A stretch of DNA of 62,953 nt, the filler included, from Chiloscyllium plagiosum (taxonomy: Eukaryota): the NCBI RefSeq assembly GCF_004010195.1. It is 4 parts of one record of this genome, joined end to end, with 100 filler letters (N's around TTAATTAATTAA, not from the genome) between each part and the next. Parts side by side here need not be neighbours in the genome. Positions count along the whole stretch, not along the records: positions 1 to 10,196 come from NC_057715.1; positions 10,297 to 42,022 come from NC_057715.1; 2 more parts are not named here. One strand, written 5' to 3'. Shown here piece by piece: positions 1-12,399 of this stretch (the stretch's first letter is position 1; every line of letters begins with the position of its first letter). The position numbers and the translations under genes were made by a program. The notes beneath the pieces were generated by a model. It had not been told where the DNA came from. It did no database searches and saw only the letters and a list, made by a program, of their open reading frames with translations.

Positions 1-505
1 CCCCATCTGATCAAGATCCTGTTGTAATCAGAGGTAACCTTCACTGTCCACTACACCTCCAATTTTGGTGTCTTCTACTAACTATACCTCTTATGTTCAC
101 ATCCAATTTATTTATATAAATGACAAAAAGTAGTGAACCCAGCTTTAATCTTACGGCACTCCACTGGTCACAGGCATCCAGTCTGAAAAAACAACTCTCC
201 ACCACTACCCTCTGTCTTCTACCTTCAAGCCAGTTCTGTATCCAAATGGCTAGTTCTCCCTGTATTCCGTGAGATCTAACCTCGCTACCGAGTCTCCTAT
301 GGGTAACCTTATCGAACGCCTTACTGACGACATATAGATCACATCTACCACTCTGCCCTTTGTTACTTCTTCAAAACATTCAACCAAATTCGTGAGACAT
401 GATTTCCCATGCACAAAGCCATGTTGACTCTTCTTAATCATTCCTAATTTTTTCAAATACGTGTACATCCTGTCCCTCAGGATTTCCTCCTACAACTTGC
501 CCAAC
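1..505 (-). mobile_element. CR1-type LINE fragment (RT region)
   Basis: ORF 250..468 reads SQHGFVHGKSCLTNLVECFEEVTK...VDVIY, the CR1 RT signature; the sequence resembles other CR1 copies in the window. Confidence 0.9.
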
Positions 506-1929
506 AATTTTAGCTGAAGATATCTGCAAAACATTCAGACTTGCTTCTTGTATTCACATTCTGACCTCTACTAAGGCAGATCTCTTGTTGCTACTGGTTG
601 TCTCATCAACTATAACCTTTCTTGTCCTTGATTCATTGTTTATGGAACATCTTAACTCTACACATAACCTTTAGTTTTTGGTATTCTGCATGCTAATGAT
701 CTCATTGTAGGAACTTCACTCATTTACCATATCAGTCTATATATTCCTCGTACAGTGCTTGATATACACTTTCACATTCGCCATTTTGACTTTTCAGATG
801 TTAGGATGCAAGAGTTGGGAATATTTGGAACTATGAAGTTAGAATTTATGGTCATATGCAATTCTGCTGCTGGAAGTGACCATACCATAAGGTGGGTCAT
901 ATCTAGACAATGAACGTAAGAGTTTGCTTTTGCAGGAGCTATGTGGATATCCTTCTTACCAATGCTACTGGAATAAAAATGCCCATTTAGCTTTGTAAGG
1001 AGAGATTTATATTAGTATTTCATTCTAACTTTCAAATGAGTTACTTGCCCAATGCATTGACATTCTTAAGGTGTAAAATGATACCCCCTTCAAATTAACC
1101 AAGTATTTAAGAGAAGCACAAGTTTGCGGCCACTCCTTTCATCAAACAAGTCACAAAACCTATGACCAATGTGTAAACAATTACAGGTCATGGCCTTGAA
1201 ATTGAATCAAATGCTAACTTCCTACAGTGTAATCCGTGCATAAATATGGGCCAAATTCCATTATGAGGGTTCTAAAGCTCTAGCTTTCGTTTCATTTCAG
1301 TATCTTTCTTGGTCATTCCTCATACTCATTCCTCATTCCTCAGAGCATAGGGACTGTGCACTTCTGCATTTCTGAGGTGCTGCACCTTGAGGGTAGATAT
1401 TTTGTGACAAAAATAAGTGAATCTCTAGGAAATAAGGCACTGCCTAAGATAATCTGAACTATTCTATTTGTACTGGTCTTTTTTATTTTGTTACCGTATC
1501 AGCAAATCTCTGTCAAAAAGATGACATTTAATAGTTCTAAAGCACAGGGTAGATAATTCACTTGGGCCTCAGAATATTGCAACAAAATCCTGACAGTGTT
1601 TTGACAGCACCTCCAATACTGGTTTGATGGATGGGAAGTCATGGTTGTGTTTAGATGATGTTGATGTCTGTTCGAATAGCCGAATAAACACTTGTTTTTA
1701 ACTGAATAGATAGAAGCATTTTATATTTTGACAGGCCATTCCACTGAGTGATATTCAGAAACTGCAATGATCGCAAGTATTTTGTTTTTATGTTTCATTA
1801 TGCTTTTCCTAGCTTTGAATTGATTATTTTCAGAGAGGTAGTATCAATGTGATAACCTCTGTAACTATGTTCTGAAAGGACAAAGGTGACTGTCAATTTA
1901 GGCATGAATGCAAAAAAACTGATGTTGAT

Positions 1930-3100
1930 CAATTGCAAAATATGCAACCTTCCCAATTTTCTCCATCACTGAAAGTATGCATTTTATCACCTGTTTCATC
2001 CGTTTGGTGTATTTCAATGCTACCTGTATTGTAAATTCTAGTTGTTAATCCTTCTTTCTCTCCTGAATCTAAGGGATTATCTATTTATCAGTGATACAGA
2101 ATACAGCACGATAGACTTTTAACAATGCACTAATCTGACATAACAAGGTGGTTATTTTCATGATAACAACAGGCAAAATTAAAACTAACTAATTAGGCAT
2201 AATTACAACTATCAGGAGTGAGATATGTCACTTCTGTCTTCATTAGGCCCTCCTGCAAGAACATCTGTTTCCCCATCCAAAGACTGTATGATATGATAAA
2301 CTTGGGTGGGATTCACCTTGGCTCAACATTAACTTCCTCAAAACTATTATATTTTACAATATCTGCACCAAGGCCTTTACCTTTGGTTTAATAACTATTC
2401 ACTTATGTATATATATATAAAACAACTTTTACATACACCACTAGCCCATCTTTCACTAAGTCTTCGAATTCAAAGACAGACAATCTCTGGGTTACACAAT
2501 TCCTGGAACACATTTCCTTCTGACTTGGAAGATTATGTTTTTGGGTTGAGGACTGTTGGCCTTGATTTTGAAATTCTACAAGTCAGTTCTTCACTGGAAG
2601 ATCTTTTTATGTCTTGGATGTCCTTTCCAGAGAATGTTGTTCCCCTGTAACTAACAGTTGGACCATTACAATATTTGGAGGACTCACAACTTCCTGAATT
2701 TCCTTTGCAAGTGAACTGTTCCTGGTGAACTGTTCCTGTCATTGAAATCTGCCTCTGTGGAACATGGTTATTTTTGAATGTCCAATTTGGAAGATGGTTC
2801 TTCTGTTTGAGTAAGTACTTTCTTCCTTGTGGTATCTTGAATATTCTGATCAAGAAATGTCTTCTTTCCCACAATGTCCTAAGTCTGTGGACTTTTGTTT
2901 GACTTTCCTGGAGTCATATGCATCTTAACCTCAATTTGTTCAAGCAAATCTTTACTCTCAATCTGTTAACACAGCTCTGTTGATGTGCAAAGGTTTTCTT
3001 ACTTCAAATTGTCTTTATTCATTCTTTATGATTGTCTTTCTGGTGGACTAGGCATTTTCACATTCTCAGTTGTGAATTGCTGCTCACTCAGTACAATCTG
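1930..3100 (-). pseudogene. Decayed long low-complexity reading frame of unknown identity, downstream of the gag-protease
   Basis: One frame reads SEQQFTTENVKMPSPPERQS*RMNKDNLK*ENLCTSTELC*QIESKDLLEQIEVK...; many stops look like CAA/CAG to TAA/TAG changes. No RT motif seen. Confidence 0.4.
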
Positions 3101-3116
3101 TCACTAGTATTGATAA

Positions 3117-3162
3117 GGAGAAAGTGAAGACTGCAGATAGAGGAGAGTTACATGCTTTTCGA
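3117..3162 (-). mobile_element. 46-bp PLE-terminus insertion with 15-bp target duplication
   Basis: Starts GGAGAAAGTGAAGACTGCAGAT like other PLE ends here; CACTAGTATTGATAA occurs at 3102-3116 and 3163-3177. Confidence 0.7.
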
Positions 3163-3600
3163 CACTAGTATTGATAACTCTGTTTTTAAAGACAAGAAAT
3201 TAATATTCTTTGGTGAGGATATGATTGGAAAACATTTGCACTAACCCTGTAAAGTCTACAATTTCTTTCCTTCCTGTTGAAAATATGAAATAATTTTCTA
3301 ATACCAGCATAGATACATGTTTTCATATATTTGACTTTTGTCTTGAGAATACAAGAACAGGAGTAGACCATTCAGGCCAACAAACATGTTATGCCATTCA
3401 CAGATGTTGGAGCACTTCAATGTCTTTTACCTATCAACTTCCATAACAATGTATGACACTGATAATCGGAAATTTATCAATCTTTACCTTCAAATAATCA
3501 AAGAGCATGAGTCTAGAAAGCCTTTTAAAATCCTCTACCAATTACTCCTTGACTGGTTGGTTAACAATGCTTTCTCAACCATTTTGTTCTCTTGGAACTA

Positions 3601-4442
3601 CAGAGGAACCTCGATTATCTGAATGAGATGGGCAGGCACTAGTTTGTTTGGATAATCGATTATTCGGCTATTTGATTCAATGTCTTGCCTCTGGGGCTCG
3701 GATATTTCTGAAGTTTCCTTTTTCCTCGCTCTGCCTGCTTTGCTCCCTCTCTCTGTCTCAGGGTTTGTTTCTGAGCAGACACACACTTGTATGCAAGGGA
3801 CCTGCAGCATTACTGAAGCCTCCACCTATCCCCTGCTCCCCCCCCCCCACCAACAGTTCAATGGGATCGACACAAGCACTTGCTAACTCCGCTCAATGTT
3901 CAGGAGACTAGGCAGCAGCACACCGTGCATGGGTCTCCACCCCGTCTGCTCCCAACCCCGCCCGTGTCCGACACCCCCAACCCCGTCCAACTCCACCCCC
4001 TGTCTGTCCCCCACCCTCCTGTCCTCTCCCCTCCCACTCTCTGGGTAGCCAAACAGGACACCATCATTAAGACTGCTGCTGCCCAAATAGCACACGCATA
4101 CACACACACACACTCTTATACTGCAACCTTTTGTCAATTTCCACCAAAAGGAAAATGTTGGAGAGATTATCTGGGGAAGGGTGGGGGTAGAGGGTACACG
4201 CCTGTGTAGAACTTCAGGGGAGAGAGAGAACATACGGCAGTCAATCATTTGGGCTGGGCTCCCATCAATGTCCAGGACTGTTCTTGGCAGTATTTCAGTA
4301 AGCTGATGTTCATTTTTAACCATGCAAACAAAAGGTGTGCTCAGTGTTGGAAACACCTCTTTAATGTAATATTTCTATCATGACCTTGAGATCTCCTCCA
4401 GATAATCTGATATTTGGATAATTGATAATCAAGGTTCCTCTG
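3601..4442. mobile_element. Non-autonomous Tc1/mariner (Tigger/pogo-like) MITE
   Basis: TIRs CAGAGGAACCTCGATTATC ... GATAATCAAGGTTCCTCTG, flanked by TA at 3599-3600 and 4443-4444; no transposase inside. Confidence 0.85.
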
Positions 4443-4444
4443 TA

Positions 4445-5450
4445 TTTGCACTTCTTCTACTACCATAAAGGTTTTAAGATATGTATGTAGACACAAAAGT
4501 AAGGAGTGTTCATTATAAACCATAAATATATTTTCAATTCTTACAAACTGATGGGCTGCAGCATTACTTGTAACATATTTTCTGCATTCACAATAGTCCC
4601 AGCCTCACCAGATTATTGCACCTGTGCAGGCTGTGACCTGTTTTTTCTTAAAGCCAAGGTATCTGATCTGATGGGATCAAATTAGTCCCTCCTGTGTCAA
4701 GATTAAAGTTAACTGGATGAGCATGGATGTAAATAAGCTCATTTACTACGTAATCATTTTTTTCTTTAGTATCTCCTCTGAAAGAGGCATGTAATGATAG
4801 TGGAGCAAATGCATTCACCTCTTTATAAGAGTAAAGTTCTTTTTTGTGTTACTCTATAAATGCATCCTACATTTGTACATTATCTGGAAGTGACCAACTG
4901 CCTTCCAGATATAGTATTATTTTGTCTGTTAGATATTAGCTATGACTGTGGAGTTGTTGTTCTTATCTCAGGATCTATCTCAGAGTCCTACTGGTTTCTG
5001 CTTCCAGCATGGATTGAATAGCTTTATCCAAAGTTAAGTCTTCATTCAATTGTAAGAAATCTATCAAAGATTCATCAATAATTCCAACAATAATTCTGTT
5101 GCTTATGAATTGTGAGTACACAAATTCAGAACCACAGGTTTTCCCTGATCTACATAAATCATTAATTAACTTATCTACAGATACCCATGGAAACTATACA
5201 CTGTTAAATTGTGCTAATTCAAGAATTGTGGCTGTTCGCAGATTTAAGTAAGGATCAAATGATACAAACCTTCAATACAAGTATCTGTATTTTCTTTGTT
5301 ATTTTATTCATTTCTAATATCATCTTTAAATGATAAACATCTTTAAAATACAAAAATGCATTATTTCATTCAGCCTTAGATGTAAGGTTTATTTTGAGGC
5401 AACTCTACATTTAGACATCAATGAAGTATCTTTGTAATGCTTGCTGGGGG
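4445..5450 (-). pseudogene. Decayed Ty3/Gypsy gag-protease remnant
   Basis: Hand translation: SVDKLINDLCRSGKTC...NRIIVGIIDESLIDFLQLNEDLTLDKAIQ (Gag core, ~4990-5250), degenerate knuckle KAVGHF (~4890), protease NFNLDTGGTNLIPSDQIPWL (DTG at 4690-4698), then ENIFMVYNEHSLLL. Stops and frameshifts are present. Confidence 0.8.
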
Positions 5451-7769
5451 TTTATCTGTTATTTCTAATGATAAAAATGATAATTGCTACCATCTGGAGA
5501 GTTTTTGCAGCTGAGCTGATTTTCTTTTCTCACATTTCTTTTCACCACCTTGTACAATAGTAATAAATAAAATGCTTTGGCCATGGACTTAAAAAGTTCT
5601 TTCTGAATTCTCAGTTTAAATCCTGAGCTTCCTGCTAATCTAAAAGTGTTAAGCTTCTTTAAGCATGCCTCTTGTGTTACACTCCTTCATCATCTCTTTT
5701 AAATTTGCCTTGTTATAGTCTTATAAAGGTCTGAAGACTTTCCAATAATGCCATCCTAGTATAAATTATTTTTCTGGCTGTTACTCTGTTCTTTGCAATT
5801 GTGCCTCCTGCTGTGTATGGATAATGCTCATTTAAAGAAGCAAATACTCTTTTTTTAAAAAATTCCTTTCCAGTCCTTGCCTTACTTTTGTACAGTTTTT
5901 CCCCTGTTTCCTCAAATAACTCTAACTTTATTTCTGGAGCCTTCAGTCACTCTATACAGAGTCGTCTTCTCTAAGGTCTCTGCCTCCTTCCAATGTAGCT
6001 TTCTTTGCTAGACCACAGTACGGTTCTTAACAAGGAAATCTTGCATAATAATGTTCTGTCTATTTCATTTGTACCATAGGTACAATTAACATTCATTAGC
6101 TATAAATAGTTTCAGCTATCGGGGCAGGTATGTCATCTCTACCTCCATCAGAAACTCATGCAAGACTAACTATTGATCCATCCAAAGATTGTACGATGCC
6201 ATCAGGGTTAGGTGGAGATCAGTACAGCTAAACTCATTTCAAAATATTATCTCATACAATAATTACTCTTCCACTTTATTGTAAAGGGCCTTGAGATGTT
6301 ACCGATCAAAAAGGCACTATGTAAAGCTGTTTTTATGATTTGAAGTGAAAATTACTTTCAATGGGTCCTATTTCAGATGTATCTATTTGAGTGTATGTTT
6401 TCTTAGAAAAAGTCAAAATGCTAAAATGGATTACTAATAGAATCCATTAATCAGGCAATTGTTAGATATGGCCAAGTTGGTCTGCGCTGATTGTCTTGAA
6501 TGAGCATTTCACTTTGTGCAATTCTCTTGCCTTCTTCCCTTTTGCATGTTTCAATTGAACCTACTCCTCCATATTCCCAGGCCAAGCAATCCAGAGCTTC
6601 ACCACTAGCTTTGGGAACAATATTATCTCAATGACTTAAAATCTGAACGTGCTAGTTCCTTTCGTGAATGGAACAGGTTCTCATTATAAATAATTTAGAT
6701 AAATAACCACAAAATGATCTAACTATGACAACTGTAGAGCTCAATATTTTCCCCATCTTCAGGTACAGGATTCATGATTCATAATATGTCTCCATGCAGG
6801 CCAATTGATATTGGAAACATGAAAACTGTAAGTTGCCACTTCATTTCTGTGATTTTAGTATGCAGTCCAGTGTGACACTGTTACTGTTTGTCTGCAAACT
6901 GGAGTATAAAGGTAAATGGCCAGAGAAAAAAAAGTGTGGGGTTTGGCTGGGAATCTGGTAACAACGAAGTAGTGTTGAATTACATTAAATGTGTGGTCAG
7001 GTGAGTGCATTTTCAAAGATCTTCTGGGCAGCCAAACTCTCCTGCTCCTCAATGCATCATACACATCACTCACCCATCAGCACAGCTCATCACTCACCCA
7101 TCAGCAGTTCTGAAGTCGACATGCCTAACAATTAGATTCTCCACCTTATCCTCGCAAACCTTGCATTGAAGATAGCCTCTCACCCAACTCATGCTGCTTC
7201 TACGTTATTACAACTATTTTGGCACAGAGGGAATATTGACCAGAGTGCAACACAATCACTGACATTTCACCCTCTACTTTGAGGGATCAGACTACCTAAA
7301 AATAAATGGGGAGCGGGGGCTAACAGAGCTAGTCAGGGACAGGCACCTGACAGGGGAGACTGTGTAATGTTTCACGGCTCTGTCAAAAGCCTTAACATCC
7401 AACATTGCTGACACCATTCAGGATCATAGTTAAAAAACAAAAATCCCAACTCACCGTGGTCCTATAGTCTGGCATGAAATGCAAGGTATGAACACGGAAT
7501 TCTTTCTTTACATCGCACCATCAACCCCTTCACTTCAATTCACTTCTCTGATTTTGTGATTTCAGAAACTCGGGACCTGCTGCCTTCCCAGCCCCAGGCA
7601 GAAGAGATAACAGGAGCAGCAGCATACTGCTGAGGAAGAAGCACTGTCACTTAATTTGTCATTCACAGCCACCAACTCAGACTCCAAGTGAACTTTGGTA
7701 GAATTGGCTGCTGGTTATAACAGGGTTCCATAGAGCAGAATGGTGATGTTAATAGAGCTCAGTAGAGGG

Positions 7770-7858
7770 GAACAAAAACAGAAATGCTCAGCAGGTCTAG
7801 CAGCAACTATGGAGAGAACTCAGTTAAGCTTTTGGGTTGAGTGACCCTGCTTCAGAAG
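7770..7858 (-). mobile_element. Degenerate PLE terminus with decayed hammerhead motif
   Basis: Minus strand reads CTGAAGCAGGGTCACTCAACCCAAAAGC, a mutated CTGAAGA-stem-GAAAC pattern, next to CAGCAGGTCTAGCAGCA. Confidence 0.5.
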
Positions 7859-7869
7859 TTATTTCACTT

Positions 7870-8437
7870 TCCATTGAGGGAAAGGTTGATTTTAATAGGG
7901 CTCCATAAATGGGAACGCTGATTGTAATAGAACTTCATTTTGGGGAAGGATGATTGTAATAAGGCTCCATAGACGGGAATGCTGATTGTAATAGGACTTC
8001 ATAGAGGGGAAAGCTGATTTTAATAGCGCTCCATAGATGAGAATGCTGATTGTAATAGGGGTCTATAGAGGGAATTGCTGATCGTAATAGGGCTCCATAG
8101 AGGGGAATGCTGATTTTAATAGGGCTCCATAGGTGGGATTCCTGATTTTAATAGGGCTCCATAGAGTGGAATGCTAATTGTACTAGGGCTCCATAAACAG
8201 AAATACTGTTTGTAACTGGGCTCCATAGAGGAGAATGCTGATTATAATGGGCTCCATAGATGGGAATGCTGATTTTTAAAATCGGGCTTCATAGAGGGGA
8301 ATGCTGATTGTAATAGGGTTCCATGGACAGAAATGCTGATTGTAACAGGACTTCAAAGATCGGAATGCTGATTGTAATAGGACTCCATAGAGGGGAAGGC
8401 TGATTGTAATAAGGTTCCTTGGAGGGGTTTGCTGATG
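7870..8437. repeat. 32-bp minisatellite, about 17-18 diverged copies
   Basis: Unit ~AATGCTGATTGTAATAGGGCTCCATAGAGGGG; GGGCTCC recurs at 8122 and 8154. Confidence 0.9.
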
Positions 8438-8984
8438 GTGACGCAAACCTGAGATGTTGACCGATTTGTCAGATAGCATCCTGTCACTGCCGGGGAAGAG
8501 GAGATGCCCAGTCCCTATTTAGTACAGAGTACTGTATGGAGTTTTGACCATGTCTTTTCTTATGAGGAAGTGATGAAGTTGTGTAGGCCCGATGTCTGCG
8601 CTTTTAATCAATGGTTATTTTTGTGAAGATGCCCGTCAGCAGGCTTTAGATACTAGTCAAATAGTTTTATTTAAATCCTCAAAATAAAATCACAACGATT
8701 TAATATTGGGACTAAAACATGAACTGGCCTGGTGTGGATCATGCCTTTGCTAGATGTTTATGCTTTGTGCCACTAAGACAATTGAAAAGCAGACACAGTG
8801 AATCCCATGTTCTGTCTAAATATTTGGTTCATTATAAAATCACACATCCATAATTCTCAAACAAATTGGGATTGATCAGCACCTTTGCTTTCAAGAGCTA
8901 CTTGTCCATCACCTTTTAGAAAGATCTGCAATGAAATCCAAACAAAAGAAGTCAAATGACACAGCAGTCAATGTGTCTGTTTTA

Positions 8985-9354
8985 AGAACATAAGAACCAG
9001 GAATAGGAGTAAGTAATTCTGTTCCTCTAGCCTGCTCCACCATTCAATATGATAATGGATGAACTCATCTCAGCTTCAATTCCACTTTCATCTCAGCCTC
9101 AATTCCACCGTCTCGCCATCCCCCTATGTGTCTTCAACCCATTACTAATTAAAGATTGGTCTATCTCCTTCTTAAATGTAATCAATGTGTTCTGCACTCT
9201 GGGTAGTGACTTTCACAGACTCATGATGTTTGAAAAGCAATCATTTCACCACATTTCCATTTTAAATCTGCCACCCCTCAGCCTAAAACTATGACTTTTT
9301 CTTCTAGAATATCCCACAAGGGCGAACACCCAATCTATGTATACTTTCTTTGAG
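8985..9354 (-). mobile_element. Older CR1 LINE 3' end
   Basis: AGAACATAAGAAC-type tail plus remnant SHSFRLRGGRFKMEM of the CR1 ORF2 C-terminus. Confidence 0.8.
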
Positions 9355-10196
9355 TATAAGACCATAAGACCATGAGACCATAACACATAGGAATGGAAGT
9401 AAAGCCATTTGGCCCATCGAGTCCACTCCGCCATTTAATCATGGCTGATGGGCATTTCAACTCCACTTACCCTCATTTTTCCCGTAGCCCTTAATTCCTT
9501 GTGACATCAATAATTTATCAATCTCTGCCTTGAAGACATTTAGCGTCCCAGCCTCCACTGCACTCCGCGGCAATGAATTCCACAGGCCCACCACTCTCTG
9601 GCTGAAGAAATGTCTCCGCATTTCTGTTCTGAATTGACCCCCTCTAATTTTAAGGCTGTGCCCATGGGTCCTAGACTCCCTGCCTAACGGAAACCATTTC
9701 TTAGCGTCCACCCTTTCCAAGCCATGTATTATCTTGTAAGTTTCTATTAGATCTCCCCTTAACCTTCTAAACTCCAATGAGTACAATCCCAGGATCCTAA
9801 GCCGTTCCTCATATGTTAGACCTACCATTCCAGGGATCATCCGTGTGAATCTCAGCTGGACACGCTCCAGTGCCAGTATGTCCCTCCTGAGGTGTGGGGC
9901 CCAAAACTGAACACAGTACTCCAAATGGGGCCTAACCAGAGCTTTATAAAGTCTCAGTAGCACAACAGTGCTTTTATATTCCAACCCTCTTGAGATAATT
10001 GACAACATTGCATTCGCTTTCTTAATCACGGACTCAACCTGCATGTTTACCTTTACAGAATCCTCAACTAGCACTCCCAGAGCCCTCTGTACTTTGGCTT
10101 TACAAATTTTCTCACCGTTTAGAAAGTAGCCCATGCTTGTATTCTTTTTTCCAAAGTGCAAGACCTCGCATTTGCCCACATTGAATTCCATCAGCC
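9355..10196 (-). mobile_element. Young CR1 LINE 3' portion (truncated by gap)
   Basis: Uninterrupted ORF2 C-terminus, 3' UTR and (CATAAGAC)n-like tail at ~9355-9390. Confidence 0.95.
9457..10191 (-). CDS. CR1 ORF2 C-terminal region (partial, 244 aa open)
   Basis: MEFNVGKCEVLHFG...LYKALVRPHLEYCVQFWAP...RRLRGDLIETYKI...FFSQRVVGLWNSLP. Confidence 0.85.
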   Translation of the reverse strand: MEFNVGKCEVLHFGKKNTSMGYFLNGEKICKAKVQRALGVLVEDSVKVNMQVESVIKKANAMLSIISRGLEYKSTVVLLRLYKALVRPHLEYCVQFWAPHLRRDILALERVQLRFTRMIPGMVGLTYEERLRILGLYSLEFRRLRGDLIETYKIIHGLERVDAKKWFPLGRESRTHGHSLKIRGGQFRTEMRRHFFSQRVVGLWNSLPRSAVEAGTLNVFKAEIDKLLMSQGIKGYGKNEGKWS

Positions 10197-10296
10197 NNNN
10201 NNNNNNNNNNNNNNNNNNNNNNNNNNNNNNNNNNNNNNNNTTAATTAATTAANNNNNNNNNNNNNNNNNNNNNNNNNNNNNNNNNNNNNNNNNNNN
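10197..10296. other. Assembly join (44 N + TTAATTAATTAA + 44 N)
   Basis: Identical construct occurs three times. Confidence 0.98.
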
Positions 10297-10433
10297 CTCC
10301 TCTAGCTTATCTCTCCACGCTCCAGGCTCACTGCCTTTATTCCTGATGAAGGGCTTTTGCCCGAAACGTCGATTTCGAAGCTCCTTGGATACTGCTTGAA
10401 CTGCTGGGCTCTTCCAGCACCACTAATCCAGAA
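10297..10433 (+). mobile_element. PLE 3' terminus (pseudo-LTR)
   Basis: Same terminal sequence as the copy attached to the GIY-YIG coding fragment at 57871-58496. Confidence 0.8.
10339..10374 (+). ncRNA. Minimal type I hammerhead ribozyme motif
   Basis: ATTC-CTGATGA(10343-10349)-A-GGGC TTTT GCCC-GAAA-C-GTC; predicted cleavage after 10370. Confidence 0.75.
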
Positions 10434-10923
10434 ATTAGCCATTCAAGTTGCATTTGGAATGGACAATAACTAACTCAAGAAAACTTGTTGTCACCAATGT
10501 GCAGTTATAATATAAATTCTCAAAAAGTCTTTCTTTAAAGTGGACGCGAATGATGGTAGAGAATATCTTCCAAAAGTCACATAATTTTCCTTATGGAGTC
10601 AGTTGTAGTTAGATTTAATGGAGTATTTCTTTGGTTTTCTAAGTCTTTCAGTTCACTGATATTTTCCTTCAAGTTATTTCACTTCACAAATTATCAATTC
10701 TCTGATTTATTGGCAAAAAGCAACAGTTTACAGCAACTGGTCAGAGAAAACATGCTTTCTTTAGCAACAGGCATTTTACTAGAGACAGAGATAAATACAC
10801 TACATCTCTTTGTAGAATATCAAGGGCTTCTTATTATATCATTCACACCCACGAGCTGTTCAGCTTTATGGGAACCAATCAGACAATTGTTGTCAGGCTG
10901 ATGACTTTGGCACTCACAACTGT

Positions 10924-11028
10924 TAGGTGCATTAGTCAGAGGGAAATGGGCCTGGGTGGGTTACTCTTCAGAGGGTCAGTGTGGACTGGTTGGGCTGAAG
11001 GGTCTGTCTCCGCACTGTAGGGAATCTA
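10924..11028 (+). mobile_element. 5'-truncated HE1-type SINE (3' part)
   Basis: Matches the 3' half of the 47953 copy (GGGCTGAAGGGTCTGTCTCCGCACTGTAGGGAATCT). Confidence 0.75.
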
Positions 11029-11127
11029 AAAACAATTGCCTCATCTTCTTTCCTCCATAAAATTCAGTTCATCTAAATTTCACTTCTTGCAAAGTATCTT
11101 GAATCAAGTAATACTTCCAAATCAACT

Positions 11128-11393
11128 GCATGGTGGCTCAGTGATCAGTACTGCTGCCTCACAGAGCCAGGGGCCCAAGTTCAATTTCAGGCTCAGGCAG
11201 TTGTCTTTGTGGAGTTTGCATATTCTCCTTGTGTCGATATGGGTTTTTATTCCCACATCCAATGATGTCGAGGTTTGATGGATTAGCCATGGAAATATAG
11301 GATGGGGGGTGGGTGAGTCTGGGTGGATTGCTTTTTGGAGAGTTAGTGTGGACTTGTTTATCGAGTGGCCTGTTTCTACACTGTATGGATTCT
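11128..11393 (+). mobile_element. HE1-type tRNA-derived V-SINE, diverged
   Basis: GGTGGCTCAGTG...CTGCTGCCTCACAG head and GTGGAGTTTGCA core. Confidence 0.8.
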
Positions 11394-12399
11394 TTGTTGT
11401 AAAAACTATCATTTTTTTTAATACTGTCCACAATGATAACTGAAATAAGCAGAACTAGTCTTTACATTCCCTAAACTTCTCTGTAACACCAACATTACTT
11501 TTATCTCTTTAGAAATCCTCTAACACTTTCTTCTTTGGCAAAAGTTTTACTTACTTGATTTAGGATGTACTTATTTGGCTATTAGTTAATATCGCCTTAT
11601 GTCAGAGTATGATCCTGATGCAACTTGAGGCATTTTATCATGTTATAGGTGTAAATGCAAGATAATGTTATTCATTCATTTCTGCGCACTTCGGTCCAGG
11701 TATTGAATAATAAAGACAATCGTGATTGAGAGTCAGTGTGGGAAGATTGGGATTATAATTTTAATCTGTCAGGTTGTATGGGTGTCTTTACATGCGGGAG
11801 GTTAAAGAAGTACAACCTCCTGCTGGCTAGCTGGAGGTTGGCAAGACGCCTTGAACTTCAGCAGTAAACTAGATTCATTCTTCAATCTCTCAAAAGCAGG
11901 AGGTTATGCTGTTAACAAATGCTTAAAGCCAATTAACTGCATCTTTAACCATGGATTTCACTTTTAAATGGAATTGCAAAGAGTTCCAGGGCCTGCTGGG
12001 AATGATCAATTCATGGAGGGCAAGATGGTAGTGTGGATTGATAGAACTGAGAAATTGATGTGTTCAGAAGCTTTTAAATACAAGCACATGATCATTGATT
12101 CTTTGCCTGCTGAAAAGGCTTTTGCTTTTACAGTTCTGTGGATGTGCTTTCTCTGCTTTGAAGCTTTTTCCAAGACTTTGAAGTCATTTTGCCATGTTGG
12201 AGTTATTTGATTTTGATTGGCACTTGACAGCTGTCAGCCTTTACTCAAGCACAGGAACAGCTTGTGCATATTGAACTTGGATCACTGATGAGGGACAAGT
12301 GGAGCAGTAGCAGCATTGACAGCAGGAGTGGCAGTCACCACTTTGTCAACCACCTGCCACTCCACAGAGAGAGAGAGATGGACCTGGTGTTCCAGCCCG

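Noticed and set aside
3648..4356. Cluster of overlapping Pro/Gly-rich ORFs
   Set aside because: They lie inside the C-rich interior of the MITE and show no transposase motifs.
7064..7106. 19-bp direct repeat CATCACTCACCCATCAGCA
   Set aside because: A simple local slippage duplication with no further structure.
7870..8437. Regularly spaced repeats as a CRISPR-like array (also the 42-bp units at 42608-42733)
   Set aside because: Units are head-to-tail with no unique spacers, there are no cas genes, and the context is a vertebrate genome.
10241..10252. Palindromic TTAATTAATTAA inside N runs (also 42067-42078 and 58541-58552)
   Set aside because: Identical, centred in fixed-length gaps and giving stops in all frames: an artificial linker. 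Adjacency across these joins should not be trusted.
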